DNA of 64,000 nt from Candidatus Pacebacteria bacterium CG2_30_36_39 (GCA_001873435.1 MNZB01000002.1:1620-65619); one strand, 5' to 3'. Positions 37,475-47,304 are shown, counted from the stretch's first letter. Notes: generated by a model not told the origin, from the letters alone. Translations and numbers: made by a program.

Positions 37475-38986
37475 TTATCTAACAAATAATTTGATTAAAT
37501 TATCATTAATTTGAAGTTCTTCTATTTGTTTATCTTGATGGTTTATTTCAAATTTTGCTATTTCCCAGTGAGGATTTCCATGTGGCTTGCAGCTTTCTTG
37601 ATCTTCACAAACAATAAATATCTGTTTGGCAAATTCTTGATCTCTTATTAATAAGTTTGATTTCATTTTTAAATAATAAAGATATGGTTCGTCGCTATTG
37701 TCTTCAGACAAAATAGCAACTTGAAATGGTTGGCTATTGGAATTTTCTAGTATCAGGGTAGTTGTTTCATTGATTTTTTTAGCGGAAATTGAATTTGGTT
37801 TAAATATTTCAAGCCACTGTGGAAGCCATGAATATACTGTTGTTAACAAAATAATTAGTAATAATATGTTTGAAATTATTTTTGAAGGTATTGTTTTAGT
37901 TATTTGATCTATGGCCCAACTAATTAGTATTAATAGACCAATTAGCGGGATGAATAAGTAGTGAGTAGTTGGTTTTATATTCAATAAACTTAAAGAAATG
38001 ATTGAGACAAGAATAGTTGGAATGATTAAGAATTTTATTGATAAATTAAAAGCTTTTAATTTAATATTTTTTATAATTAAATAAATACTTAGAATAAAAA
38101 TAATAATAATTAATAGACTAAGAAAAATATTTTTTCCTGCTAATAGCCAAATAATTTCTTTTAAATTAATTCCAATATTTTGCACCAAACTCAAAGGATT
38201 AATAAGGGAACTTTTATTTTTTGAAAGCCCAATTTGTTTAAATAAACCATAAATAAATGGGAATAAAGCAGTAATTGTGGTTAATATACTGTAAAAAGTT
38301 TTAGTAATAATACTTTTAATATTATGATGTTTTAGCCAACTTTGATAAACACTAATTAAAAGTGGTAATAATAAAACTATATTAATCAAATGTAATTGCA
38401 AAAGAATAAATAAGTTAATTAAGGCAATTAAAAAAAACTTTTCTTTTTGCAGTTTAATAAATTGTGCCAAACTCCAGAAAAATAATATTAAAAATAGAGG
38501 AATAGCATTTGGATTCCAAGCAAAGCGATTATATTCAACAAAAGTAGGCAATAAAAGATACCAAGTAGTAGCAATTACTGCAATTTTATAATTAAAAAAT
38601 TGCTTTAAAAAACAAAATAAAGCAACAGTCATAGTTATACCAACTAGTGCTTGCAGCAGGGCAGGTCCAATGGGATTGAAGTTAGTTAATAATAAACTTG
38701 GTGAGTTAAAATAATAAAATAATGGTCCCAAATAATAATGGCCAACTGAGCTAGTGGGTCCTAATAATGGCCATGATTTACCATCTAGCAAATCTTTCAT
38801 TACTAAAACATCTCTTCCTTGATCTCCAGAGAAATGAAATGAATTTGGTAAATTGTAGAAATATAAAAAGCCACTACTTAGAATAAAGAAAAAATAAAGC
38901 CAATTGTTTTTAACCCAAGCTTTTAATTTCATTCTTTCATTATACTGAAGTTTTCTTGGTAGCCAATTGGCCGCAGGCAGCATCAA
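37475..38986 (-). CDS. GT-C fold glycosyltransferase, ArnT/PMT-like (paralog 3)
   Basis: SGDQGRDVLVMKDLLDGKSWPLLGP...LFYYF. Polytopic. The likely true start is the internal M near 38932, just after the rlmN stop. Confidence 0.55.
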   Translation of the reverse strand: MMLPAANWLPRKLQYNERMKLKAWVKNNWLYFFFILSSGFLYFYNLPNSFHFSGDQGRDVLVMKDLLDGKSWPLLGPTSSVGHYYLGPLFYYFNSPSLLLTNFNPIGPALLQALVGITMTVALFCFLKQFFNYKIAVIATTWYLLLPTFVEYNRFAWNPNAIPLFLILFFWSLAQFIKLQKEKFFLIALINLFILLQLHLINIVLLLPLLISVYQSWLKHHNIKSIITKTFYSILTTITALFPFIYGLFKQIGLSKNKSSLINPLSLVQNIGINLKEIIWLLAGKNIFLSLLIIIIFILSIYLIIKNIKLKAFNLSIKFLIIPTILVSIISLSLLNIKPTTHYLFIPLIGLLILISWAIDQITKTIPSKIISNILLLIILLTTVYSWLPQWLEIFKPNSISAKKINETTTLILENSNSQPFQVAILSEDNSDEPYLYYLKMKSNLLIRDQEFAKQIFIVCEDQESCKPHGNPHWEIAKFEINHQDKQIEELQINDNLIKLFVR

Positions 38987-39959
38987 TATCTTGACCCATA
39001 CTCACCCTGACTGTATGAGGGACTCTTGCTTTAGTCAAAATTGCTGAAAAACGATCTATTTGTTTTCTATCTGAAGTTTCTAAGGTAAAGCCTGGTACTG
39101 GATTATATGGAATTAAATTTAAATGAATTAGTTTTCCTCTGACTAATTGAGCCAATTTTTCTGCATGGCGCTGCTTATCATTAATATTCTTTAGAAGAAT
39201 ATACTCAAAAGAAATTCTTTTATTAGTTTTATTAATATATTGATCAACTAATTCCATAAGTTTATCTAAATGATTGTTTTTTGCGATCGGCATAATGCTT
39301 TCTCGCAAAGCTTGAGTTGGTGCATGCAAACTTAAAGCAATTCTGCCTTTAAAATCTTTGGCAAACAATTCTTTCATGGGTTGCACTATTCCCGAGGTAG
39401 AAATAGTGACTCTACTTGGGCTCATAGCCATTTTGTCTGAATCTGTAAAAATATCGATCGATTCTAAAACATTTTTTAGGTTAAGTAACGGTTCACCCAT
39501 GCCCATGAATACGATATTGGTTATTTTTTGTTGTTCTTTTTTCAAACGACGAGCAAAAAATAAGACTTGCTCGGCTATTTCATCGGAAGTCAAATTGGCA
39601 ATAAATCCCATGGTACCAGTAGCGCAAAAAGTACAACCAACTGGACAGCCAACCATCGAACTAACACAAACAGTATTGCGTCCGTCTTGATGTCTCATTA
39701 AAACAGTTTCTAGTAATTGACGATCATTTTTTACTCTGGAAAATAGCACTTTTTCAGTATCTTTTTTCTTTGAAATTTGGTGATTAATAACAACTAGTTT
39801 TTCTAGTGGAAACTCTATAGCAACTTTTTCTCTAAGTAATTTAGGCCAAGCTGTAAACTCATCCCAATTTTCAATCAATTGTTGATAAATAGCTTGGTTA
39901 TATTGTTTCAAACGAAAACTTGGTTCGTTAATCGATAATAAATAATCTGCTATGGTCAT
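38940..39959 (-). CDS. rlmN: 23S rRNA/tRNA m2A methyltransferase, radical SAM
   Basis: CPVGCTFCATG cluster. Overall RlmN architecture. Confidence 0.9.
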   Translation of the reverse strand: MTIADYLLSINEPSFRLKQYNQAIYQQLIENWDEFTAWPKLLREKVAIEFPLEKLVVINHQISKKKDTEKVLFSRVKNDRQLLETVLMRHQDGRNTVCVSSMVGCPVGCTFCATGTMGFIANLTSDEIAEQVLFFARRLKKEQQKITNIVFMGMGEPLLNLKNVLESIDIFTDSDKMAMSPSRVTISTSGIVQPMKELFAKDFKGRIALSLHAPTQALRESIMPIAKNNHLDKLMELVDQYINKTNKRISFEYILLKNINDKQRHAEKLAQLVRGKLIHLNLIPYNPVPGFTLETSDRKQIDRFSAILTKARVPHTVRVSMGQDIDAACGQLATKKTSV

Positions 39960-40073
39960 GTTGTTATTATACTGCTTGGTAAAAAATGTTGATTTGTAGT
40001 TGAAATTATTCTTCTAACCATAAATAAGGAAAAAGGCTTAAAATAATAAAAACTCTAACAAAGAAAGATAAGC

Positions 40074-40715
40074 ATGAAATCCATGAAACATGTCCATGTT
40101 ATTAATAATCCTTTTGTTGAGGATTCACTTAGTCATTTGAGAGATAAAAGAACTAGCTTAGAGAAATTTAGAGAATATTCAGATAAAATTTGCAGCTTTT
40201 TATTTGCCGAGGCAATTAACGGTTTGGAGTTAAAACAAGAAATAATTTCTACTCCGCTAGAAGATATAAAAGTTTCTAAAATTAAAGATGAAATAATTGT
40301 GGTACCAGTACTTCGATCTGGCATTGCAATGCTATTTGGTGCAATGAAGCTTTTACCAAGAGTTAAGGTTGGTTTTGTGGGTATGGAAAGAGATGAGGAA
40401 ACAGCAATTGCACGAGAATATTATTGGAAATTACCAAAGATAAATTCACATTCAGTAGTAATAATCACTGATCCTATGTTGGCAACTGGTGGCTCAATCT
40501 CTCATCTCCTAAAAAGAGTTCTGGAAGAAAAGCCAAAAGCAGTGAGAATAGTAGCTGTAGTTGCTGCTCCAGAGGGCATCGAACGCTTGAGAAAAGATTA
40601 TCCAGATCTAAAACTAGAGATTTTTGTTGCTAGTGTAGACCGTGAAATGAACAGCAAAAAATATATTTTGCCAGGTCTTGGAGATTACGGCGATCGATAT
40701 TTCGGCACTGAATAA
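40074..40715 (+). CDS. upp: Uracil phosphoribosyltransferase
   Basis: VVPVLRSGIAM..., PRPP loop DPMLATGGSI. Confidence 0.9.
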   Translation: MKSMKHVHVINNPFVEDSLSHLRDKRTSLEKFREYSDKICSFLFAEAINGLELKQEIISTPLEDIKVSKIKDEIIVVPVLRSGIAMLFGAMKLLPRVKVGFVGMERDEETAIAREYYWKLPKINSHSVVIITDPMLATGGSISHLLKRVLEEKPKAVRIVAVVAAPEGIERLRKDYPDLKLEIFVASVDREMNSKKYILPGLGDYGDRYFGTE

Positions 40716-40720
40716 TTTTT

Positions 40721-41908
40721 TTATTTATTCTTTAATACAGCTTCAGCAACTTTTTCTGCTAAACCAGGATTGAAGACACTTGGAATTATTTCATCAACAG
40801 TGGGATTAACTACTGCATCAGCAATAGCATTGGAAGCAGCCTCTTTCATTGGATAGGTGATAGTCTTAAGTCTTCCTTTTACTACGGCCTGAAAAATTCC
40901 TGGAAAAGCTAGAACATTATTTATTTGGTTAGCAAAATCACTTCTACCAGAAGCAACAATATAGGCACCAGCCTTTTTGGCTTCATCTGGCATAATTTCT
41001 GGAGTAGGATTTGCCATAGCAAAAACAATTGATTTTTTTGCCAAAATCCCAATTGTTTCTGGTGTGATTGAGCCTGGCCCAGAGACTCCTATTACTACGT
41101 CAAAATTATGTAGAGCATCTTCTGGTCTACCAGCTTTTCTTTCACGATTTGAGAGACCAGCAATTGCTTGTTTATAAATATTTTGTCCTTCTCGACCAGC
41201 ATACAGCGCTCCTTGGCGATCAAAAACAATTACATCAGCCACATGATGGGCATTATGAGCTCTAGAACATGTATCGGCAGTGCAGTTGAGACCAAGAATC
41301 ATTCTGGCTATGGCTAAACCAGCAGCTCCAGCACCAATAATTCCTACTTTTAAAGTTTCGTATGGTTTATCAACTACTTTAGAAGCATTCATAAGGGCAG
41401 CTCTTACAACAATAGCTGTGCCATGTTGATCATCATGAAAAACTGGGATGCCAATATCTTGTAGGGCTTCTTCAACCTGAAAACATACTGGAGCAGCAAT
41501 GTCTTCCAGATTTATACCTGCAAAAGTAGGAGCTACTTGTTTAACAAAATCAATGATTTCCAATGGCTTGTGAGCATTTATTACCAAAGGAAAAGCATCA
41601 ATATTTCCAAATTGCTTGATTAGCAAAGCTTTCCCCTCCATTACAGGTAGAGCAGCTTCTGCGCCAATATTTCCCAGTCCCAGAACAGCTGATCCATCTG
41701 AAATAACGGCAATAGTACGACCTTTTAGAGTGTGAGTGTATGTAGCATTTTTATCTTTGGCAATTAATCTACATGGTTCTGCTACTCCTGGGGTATAGGC
41801 GAGGGATAAATCTTCTTTGGTTTTAATTTCTCCTACCACACTAGAAGTGCCTAGTTTTCCAGTATTTTGTTGATGATAATTTAATGCTTGTTGATAGATA
41901 TCAGTCAT
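40721..41908 (-). CDS. NAD(P)-dependent malic enzyme
   Basis: DLSLAYTPGVAEPC. Dinucleotide-binding GAGAAG. The track start at 41965 is probably over-extended; the third ATG (MTDIYQQALNYHQ) fits the family N-terminus. Confidence 0.85.
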   Translation of the reverse strand: MTDIYQQALNYHQQNTGKLGTSSVVGEIKTKEDLSLAYTPGVAEPCRLIAKDKNATYTHTLKGRTIAVISDGSAVLGLGNIGAEAALPVMEGKALLIKQFGNIDAFPLVINAHKPLEIIDFVKQVAPTFAGINLEDIAAPVCFQVEEALQDIGIPVFHDDQHGTAIVVRAALMNASKVVDKPYETLKVGIIGAGAAGLAIARMILGLNCTADTCSRAHNAHHVADVIVFDRQGALYAGREGQNIYKQAIAGLSNRERKAGRPEDALHNFDVVIGVSGPGSITPETIGILAKKSIVFAMANPTPEIMPDEAKKAGAYIVASGRSDFANQINNVLAFPGIFQAVVKGRLKTITYPMKEAASNAIADAVVNPTVDEIIPSVFNPGLAEKVAEAVLKNK

Positions 41909-41991
41909 AATATGAATATTAATAATTGCTAATAATGTTGCCATTGTAAACCAAATAATGCACAATGAAGTAGAAAAAAAGGACCTAATAT

Positions 41992-42468
41992 ATGTTCAAA
42001 ATTCAATGGTTTAAGCTATTATTTTCATTTGGAATTACGTTTTTAGCTGGTTTTTTGGGTTCTGTATTTACTTTTTCTGCTATTCCTACTTGGTATGCAG
42101 CACTTAATAAGCCGTTTTTTAATCCACCCAATTGGCTTTTTGGGCCAGTTTGGTCAATTTTGTATGTGTTGATGGGTTTAGCCTTGTATTTAGTCTGGAC
42201 TTCTAAAAAACAAACTAAGCAAATTAGATATGCTTTGCATTGGTTTTATTTTCAACTTAGTTTGAATACTTTATGGTCTATTTTATTTTTTGGTTTAAAA
42301 AATCCATTCTTTGCTTTAATAGAAATTGTAATTTTATGGTTTGCAATTTGGCAGACAATTAGATCGATGGGTAAGGTTTTGCCTCTGTCTAAATATTTTC
42401 TCTATCCTTATTTAGCCTGGGTTAGTTTTGCTTCAGTTTTAAATTTAGCAATAGTTATCCTTAATTAG
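41992..42468 (+). CDS. tspO: TspO/MBR tryptophan-rich sensory protein
   Basis: PPNWLFGPVWSILYVLMGLALYLVW plus Trp-rich helices. About 158 aa. Confidence 0.85.
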   Translation: MFKIQWFKLLFSFGITFLAGFLGSVFTFSAIPTWYAALNKPFFNPPNWLFGPVWSILYVLMGLALYLVWTSKKQTKQIRYALHWFYFQLSLNTLWSILFFGLKNPFFALIEIVILWFAIWQTIRSMGKVLPLSKYFLYPYLAWVSFASVLNLAIVILN

Positions 42469-42631
42469 AATTTAAACTCCCTATAGCAATTTAAAAGTTA
42501 TAGGGTATACTGATCTTTCTGGCTAAACGGCAGTTCTTAGATTTTTAAAAGACACTAAGCATCATGTCCGAATTATATGAAAGAATCAGTAGGATTAGTC
42601 AGCTACTCAGATTCAGAGAGAAAAGGACATT

Positions 42632-43015
42632 ATGTTTCCTTCTCAAGATAGTAATAACCAAGCTGCAGATCCAAGCAAACTTTACGTTGGCAATCTTTCC
42701 TACTCCGTAGGTGAAGAAGAGCTAAAAGACGTATTTGCTGAATATGGCAATGTTGAAGAGTGCAAACTCATCACCGACTTCAGAACTGGCCGTTCCAAAG
42801 GTTTCGCCTTTGTGAAATTCGCCACTGTTGAAGATGCTACTAAAGCTATGGAACAACTTAATGAACAAGAGGTTCAAGGTCGCAAACTTTTTATTAAAGT
42901 TGCTCAACCCCCTCGTCCTCGTGAAGATCGCGGTTTCCGCGGTGGTGATCGTGGTAATGATCGTGGTGGTGACCGTGGCGGTGATCGTCGTGGTGGCTAC
43001 AACAGAGGTCGTTAA
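42632..43015 (+). CDS. RRM-domain RNA-binding protein with RGG/GDR-repeat tail
   Basis: RNP-2 LYVGNL, RNP-1 KGFAFVKF. Tail GGDRGNDRGGDRGGDRRGG. Confidence 0.85.
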   Translation: MFPSQDSNNQAADPSKLYVGNLSYSVGEEELKDVFAEYGNVEECKLITDFRTGRSKGFAFVKFATVEDATKAMEQLNEQEVQGRKLFIKVAQPPRPREDRGFRGGDRGNDRGGDRGGDRRGGYNRGR

Positions 43016-43047
43016 TTTTTCAAATACTTAAATTTTGAATAAGAGAA

Positions 43048-43075
43048 CCCCTGGTATTTTTACCAGGGGTTTTTT
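43048..43075 (+). terminator. Rho-independent terminator (CCCCTGGTA-TTTT-TACCAGGGG + T6)
   Basis: Read directly, immediately after the RRM-protein stop. Confidence 0.8.
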
Positions 43076-43094
43076 GATGTACAATACAAACCAT

Positions 43095-43520
43095 ATGAAA
43101 CGTGGAGGAATTTTTGCTTTTTTTCTAACTTATATTCTTTTATTAGGAATATTTGGTTTAATTGATGCATTGTGGTTAGGTTTAATTGCCAGGAATTTTT
43201 ATGCCCAGGAATTAGCTGGCTTATTACGAGCTGATTTTCTTTTAGTTCCTGGATTGTTGTTCTATGCTTTGCATCCATTCATGCTATGGTTTTGGGGTTT
43301 TTATAAAAACAATTCTTGGAAAAGTTTATTATTAAAAACTGCTGTTTATGGTTTTGGAGCATATGCAACCTATGACTTGAGTAATTGGGCTACTTTACGT
43401 GATTGGTCAGAACAAGTAGTTTTGGTAGATATTATTTGGGGAACCGTTAGTAGCGCCGGAGTTTCAATTGCAGTTTGGTTTATCATTAAGCAAAATAGGC
43501 TTCTTGAGAAAAAAGATTAA
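43095..43520 (+). CDS. Small integral membrane protein (4 TM), hypothetical
   Basis: The track start at 43035 lies inside the terminator. An internal ATG at 43095 (MKRGGIFAFF) or 43077 is more likely. Confidence 0.4.
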   Translation: MKRGGIFAFFLTYILLLGIFGLIDALWLGLIARNFYAQELAGLLRADFLLVPGLLFYALHPFMLWFWGFYKNNSWKSLLLKTAVYGFGAYATYDLSNWATLRDWSEQVVLVDIIWGTVSSAGVSIAVWFIIKQNRLLEKKD

Positions 43521-43625
43521 TTATATTTGATAAATCAATTATAATTGTAGGTTTAAATTGTAGTCATTTACCATAAAATACATTTTTATATTATTAAAAT
43601 TAAGTGGGTGTGAAGGTAATGCCCA

Positions 43626-46049
43626 TTGATGCAAAAAAAAGTTCAAGAACAACAGAAAAAAACTTTATTAATAATCAATACTGGTTCACTAAAAAAGCGT
43701 TTTATTCTTCAAAAAATCGCTAAGATTCCAAATATCAAAAAGGTAGTTGTTAATACTCAAAAAAATTGGGCAGAGAATTATGTTGATGAATGGATTTTGG
43801 TTGATACAACCAATCATGATGCAACAATAAGAGCAGTAAATGAGTACGCTAAAAAAAATCAGATAGATGGAGTCGTTACTTTTTGGGAAGATGATGTGCT
43901 TTTAACTGCAAAATTAAGCGAAGCTCTTAAATTACCAGGTATTCCATGGAAAGTTGCTTCAAAAGCAAGAAACAAATTTGCTTTTCGTGAATTTTGCGCA
44001 AAACATGGCTTGCCAGCACCTAAGTATGCCTTAGTTCGTTCTGAAGATGAACTAAAACAGGTTTTACAATCAATGCAGTTACCAGTGGTTTTCAAACCAA
44101 CCTTTGGCTCCAGCAGTGCTTTTGTTATTAAGGCAGAGGATACTGAAGAAGCCAATGAAGTCTATGCTTTCTTGCGACGCAATATTAATACTCAGGTTGA
44201 AACAGCTCTTTCCGATGGTTTGGAGGTAATGGTTGAAGAATATATCGATGGTGATGAGGTTGATATCGATATGTTGGTGCAACACGGCAAAATCAAATAT
44301 TGGTCGATGGCTGATAATTATAAAACAGAAGAACCATATTTTATGGAGACTGGTATGGCAGTTCCCTCTGCTTTATCTGAAGAGGATCAACAAGACTTGG
44401 TTAATATGGCTGAGTCAGTTCTTGAACATCTTGGAGTTATGAATGGCTGTATCCATTTTGAAGCGAAATATACTTCAAAAGGCCCAGTTCCCATTGAAGT
44501 TAATTTGCGTATGGGTGGAGATGAGATTTATTCTTTTTCTCGTGAAGCTTGGAAAGTCGATTTAATCGAATATGCGGTTAAAATTGCATTAAATGAATAC
44601 TTCCCACGGCTTGATAAGCCAGAAGAACCACACACATATCTATGCGGAACCTCTTTTATTCCTGAAGTTTCTGGTGTTATTTCTAGCTTAGATATGCCAG
44701 AGAAGTTTTCTACAAAGGACAACGTTGATGAGTTTCAATTTTATAAAGAAGTTGGTGATACTGTTTTAACTCCCCCAGCAGAATACGAGTTTTTGGGTTG
44801 GATAACTGCTCGTGGTGAAAATCCCAACGATGCTCGTGAAAATTTAGATAAAGCTCTAGAAAAAGTTAATTATGAGATCATTCCATTTTCAGAGGTTTCC
44901 GCGGTTGGTAAAACAAAAAGAGCTCATCGTTTTGCAGTAGCCCAATTTGATCAAAGAGTCATGCAAGGCAAAGCTAGAATTGAAAAAATTCGTCGCATGA
45001 GTATGTCAAAGCAACGCAAGTTACATATTGGTATTGCCTGCAATACTTTTTCTGGCAAAGATGGCGCGGTTGAAGCGGAATTGACTTCTGTTGGTAATAA
45101 TATTCAAAAAGTACTTGAAGAAAGAGGTTATAGTACTTCTTTTATTGATTTCAATGACTTGAAGGGAGCTAGCACTTTATTACAAACTCAAAAAATTGAT
45201 TTAGTTTTTAATGTTGCTGAACGTATTAATGGCTCCAGTTTACTTGAGCCACACGTGGCTTCATTTTTTGATGCTTACCAAGTTCCTTATACTGGTTCTA
45301 ATCCTTTCACTCTTAGTTTGGCTATCGATAAAATTAGAGTGAAAAAACTTTTAACTTATCACCAAATTCCAACTGCAAAATGGGATTATGTTTTTGATCT
45401 AAGAGATGAGGTTAGAGAGGATTTGACTTTCCCATTAATTGTTAAACCAGGAACAACTGATAATTCAATTGGTATAACCCAAGATTCAGTTGTTAGAACC
45501 CCAGAAGAATTGAAACGTCAAATTCGTTATGTCCTTCAAGAACTTCACTCTCCAGCTTTAATAGAAGAGTATTTGCCTGGAGATGAATATGACGTGTCCA
45601 TTATTGGTAATGGTGAGGAATTAAGAGTATTGCCTTTATCCAGAACTCAATTTAATAAGATGCCAAAAGACATGTGGAACATCTATTCTTTTGAGTCAAA
45701 ATTTGGTGATAATTTTGCTGATTTTAAGAAGTTCATTACTGAAGAAAGACCGCCTAAAGGCGTAAGTAAAAAGCTTTTAGCTCTTATTACAGAAATGGCT
45801 ATGGATACTTACTCAATTCTTGATTGTCATGATTATGGACGGGTTGAAGTTAAATTAGATGAACAAGGAAATCCTCATGTTCTTGAGCTTAATCCTAATC
45901 CATCAATTAATGCTCCTGATTGTTTGCCATCAGTGGCAAAATTAACAGGTATGGATTATGGTGATTTCTTGGAGGAAATTATTGCTCTAGCAATTAAGCG
46001 CTATCAAAATTCTCCTCCCTATTATCACCTACAGCCTCAGTTGCGCTAG
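43626..46049 (+). CDS. Tandem ATP-grasp protein: N-terminal carboxylate-amine ligase-like module + C-terminal D-Ala-D-Ala ligase (Ddl)-like module
   Basis: C-half: HIGIACNTFSGKDG..., PYTGSNPFTLSLAIDKIRVKKLL, FPLIVKPGTTDNSIGI, LIEEYLPGDEYDVSIIG, ELNPNPSI (Ddl pattern). N-half: ATP-grasp blocks PVVFKPTFGSSSAFVIKAED, MVEEYIDGDEVDIDMLV, IHFEAKY..., EVNLRMGGDEI. Confidence 0.6.
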   Translation: MMQKKVQEQQKKTLLIINTGSLKKRFILQKIAKIPNIKKVVVNTQKNWAENYVDEWILVDTTNHDATIRAVNEYAKKNQIDGVVTFWEDDVLLTAKLSEALKLPGIPWKVASKARNKFAFREFCAKHGLPAPKYALVRSEDELKQVLQSMQLPVVFKPTFGSSSAFVIKAEDTEEANEVYAFLRRNINTQVETALSDGLEVMVEEYIDGDEVDIDMLVQHGKIKYWSMADNYKTEEPYFMETGMAVPSALSEEDQQDLVNMAESVLEHLGVMNGCIHFEAKYTSKGPVPIEVNLRMGGDEIYSFSREAWKVDLIEYAVKIALNEYFPRLDKPEEPHTYLCGTSFIPEVSGVISSLDMPEKFSTKDNVDEFQFYKEVGDTVLTPPAEYEFLGWITARGENPNDARENLDKALEKVNYEIIPFSEVSAVGKTKRAHRFAVAQFDQRVMQGKARIEKIRRMSMSKQRKLHIGIACNTFSGKDGAVEAELTSVGNNIQKVLEERGYSTSFIDFNDLKGASTLLQTQKIDLVFNVAERINGSSLLEPHVASFFDAYQVPYTGSNPFTLSLAIDKIRVKKLLTYHQIPTAKWDYVFDLRDEVREDLTFPLIVKPGTTDNSIGITQDSVVRTPEELKRQIRYVLQELHSPALIEEYLPGDEYDVSIIGNGEELRVLPLSRTQFNKMPKDMWNIYSFESKFGDNFADFKKFITEERPPKGVSKKLLALITEMAMDTYSILDCHDYGRVEVKLDEQGNPHVLELNPNPSINAPDCLPSVAKLTGMDYGDFLEEIIALAIKRYQNSPPYYHLQPQLR

Positions 46050-46094
46050 AAATTTATCTCTAGTCGTTAGCTGGTTGATCAGTATAATCAAGTT

Positions 46095-47300
46095 GTGAAA
46101 TTAACTCCTACCATTTATTCTGTAACTGAGTTTCTTGATACTGTTAATCTGCAATTGTCTGAGATGGTAATGGCAGTTCAAGGAGAAATTACATCTTTGA
46201 GTAAGCGTGGTCATGTTTATTTTTCTTTAACAGATAGTAATCCCCAAGAAAAAGCAGTGTTGTCATGTGCCTTGTGGGAGTTTCGGTTAAAAACTTTACC
46301 ATTTGAACTTGAAGAAGGGATGGAAGTACAGATTATTGGCAAGGCTAGTATATATAAGCCGAGCGGTAGGTTTACTTTTGTAGTAGATCATATCGTGCCA
46401 GTTGGTGAAGGTGCTTTGCAAAAAGCTTTTGAAGCTTTAAAAAAGAAACTAGAGCTTCAAGGATATTTTTTATCAGATCGCAAAAGGACTTTGCCAGAAT
46501 TTCCCTCTAGAATTGGTTTATTAACTTCAGAAACTGGTGATGCCATTCGTGACTTTAAAAAACATTTGAGTAGCTTTGGCTTAGTTGTTGCTCATTATGA
46601 TATTAAGGTTGAGGGTATTTATGCAGTTGATTCAATTGTGGAGGGAATTCGTTATTTTAATGAGCATCCAGATATAGTTAATGGTGGATTGGAACTAATA
46701 GTTTTGACTCGTGGTGGTGGAAGCTTAGAGAGTTTGCAGGCATTTAATTCGGAAGCTGTAGCTCAAGCTATTTTTGCTTCTAAGCTACCAATTTTATCCG
46801 CAGTTGGTCATGAGAGAGATGTGACTATCGCTGATTTAACTGCTGACGTGAGAGCTTCAACACCCACAGATGCGGGTCGTATGCTTTCGGAAAATTGGCG
46901 TTTAGCTCAAGAAAAGATTGCTTATTTTTCACAGAGTTTTTTACAGGTTATGGAAAAAATGATTAAGCAAAGCCAAGAAAAAATGTATTATCAATGGGAG
47001 CAAATGTCACATCGTTTTGAAGTTAAATTGGAATATTTATTTAGTCAAAGAGCTTTGCTTTATCGTTCAATGATTAGTCATTTTGGAAGGTTGTTGCTTC
47101 AAACACAACAAAGTATTTTTGGTTTGGAAAAACAGTTAGAGTCTAATAATCCTCAGCGCAAGCTTAAACAGGGTTATAGTTTTGTGCAAAATAAATCTGG
47201 AAAATTAATTAAGTCAGTTAGTCAAGTTAATGATGGTGAAACAATTAGAGTAACAGTAGCAGACGGAAAAATATCGACATCCGTTTTGGCAAAGGAATAA
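46095..47300 (+). CDS. xseA: Exodeoxyribonuclease VII large subunit
   Basis: N-terminal OB-fold block aligns to E. coli XseA (IYSVTEFLDTVNLQLSEMVMAVQGEITSL). GTG start 7 nt after a TATAAT box. Confidence 0.85.
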   Translation: MKLTPTIYSVTEFLDTVNLQLSEMVMAVQGEITSLSKRGHVYFSLTDSNPQEKAVLSCALWEFRLKTLPFELEEGMEVQIIGKASIYKPSGRFTFVVDHIVPVGEGALQKAFEALKKKLELQGYFLSDRKRTLPEFPSRIGLLTSETGDAIRDFKKHLSSFGLVVAHYDIKVEGIYAVDSIVEGIRYFNEHPDIVNGGLELIVLTRGGGSLESLQAFNSEAVAQAIFASKLPILSAVGHERDVTIADLTADVRASTPTDAGRMLSENWRLAQEKIAYFSQSFLQVMEKMIKQSQEKMYYQWEQMSHRFEVKLEYLFSQRALLYRSMISHFGRLLLQTQQSIFGLEKQLESNNPQRKLKQGYSFVQNKSGKLIKSVSQVNDGETIRVTVADGKISTSVLAKE

Positions 47301-47304
47301 TAGA

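Noticed and set aside
41909-41965. N-terminal extension of malic enzyme (MCIIWFTMATLLAIINIHI)
   Set aside because: Hydrophobic, non-conserved extension. The family N-terminus starts at the third Met. Likely ORF-caller over-extension.
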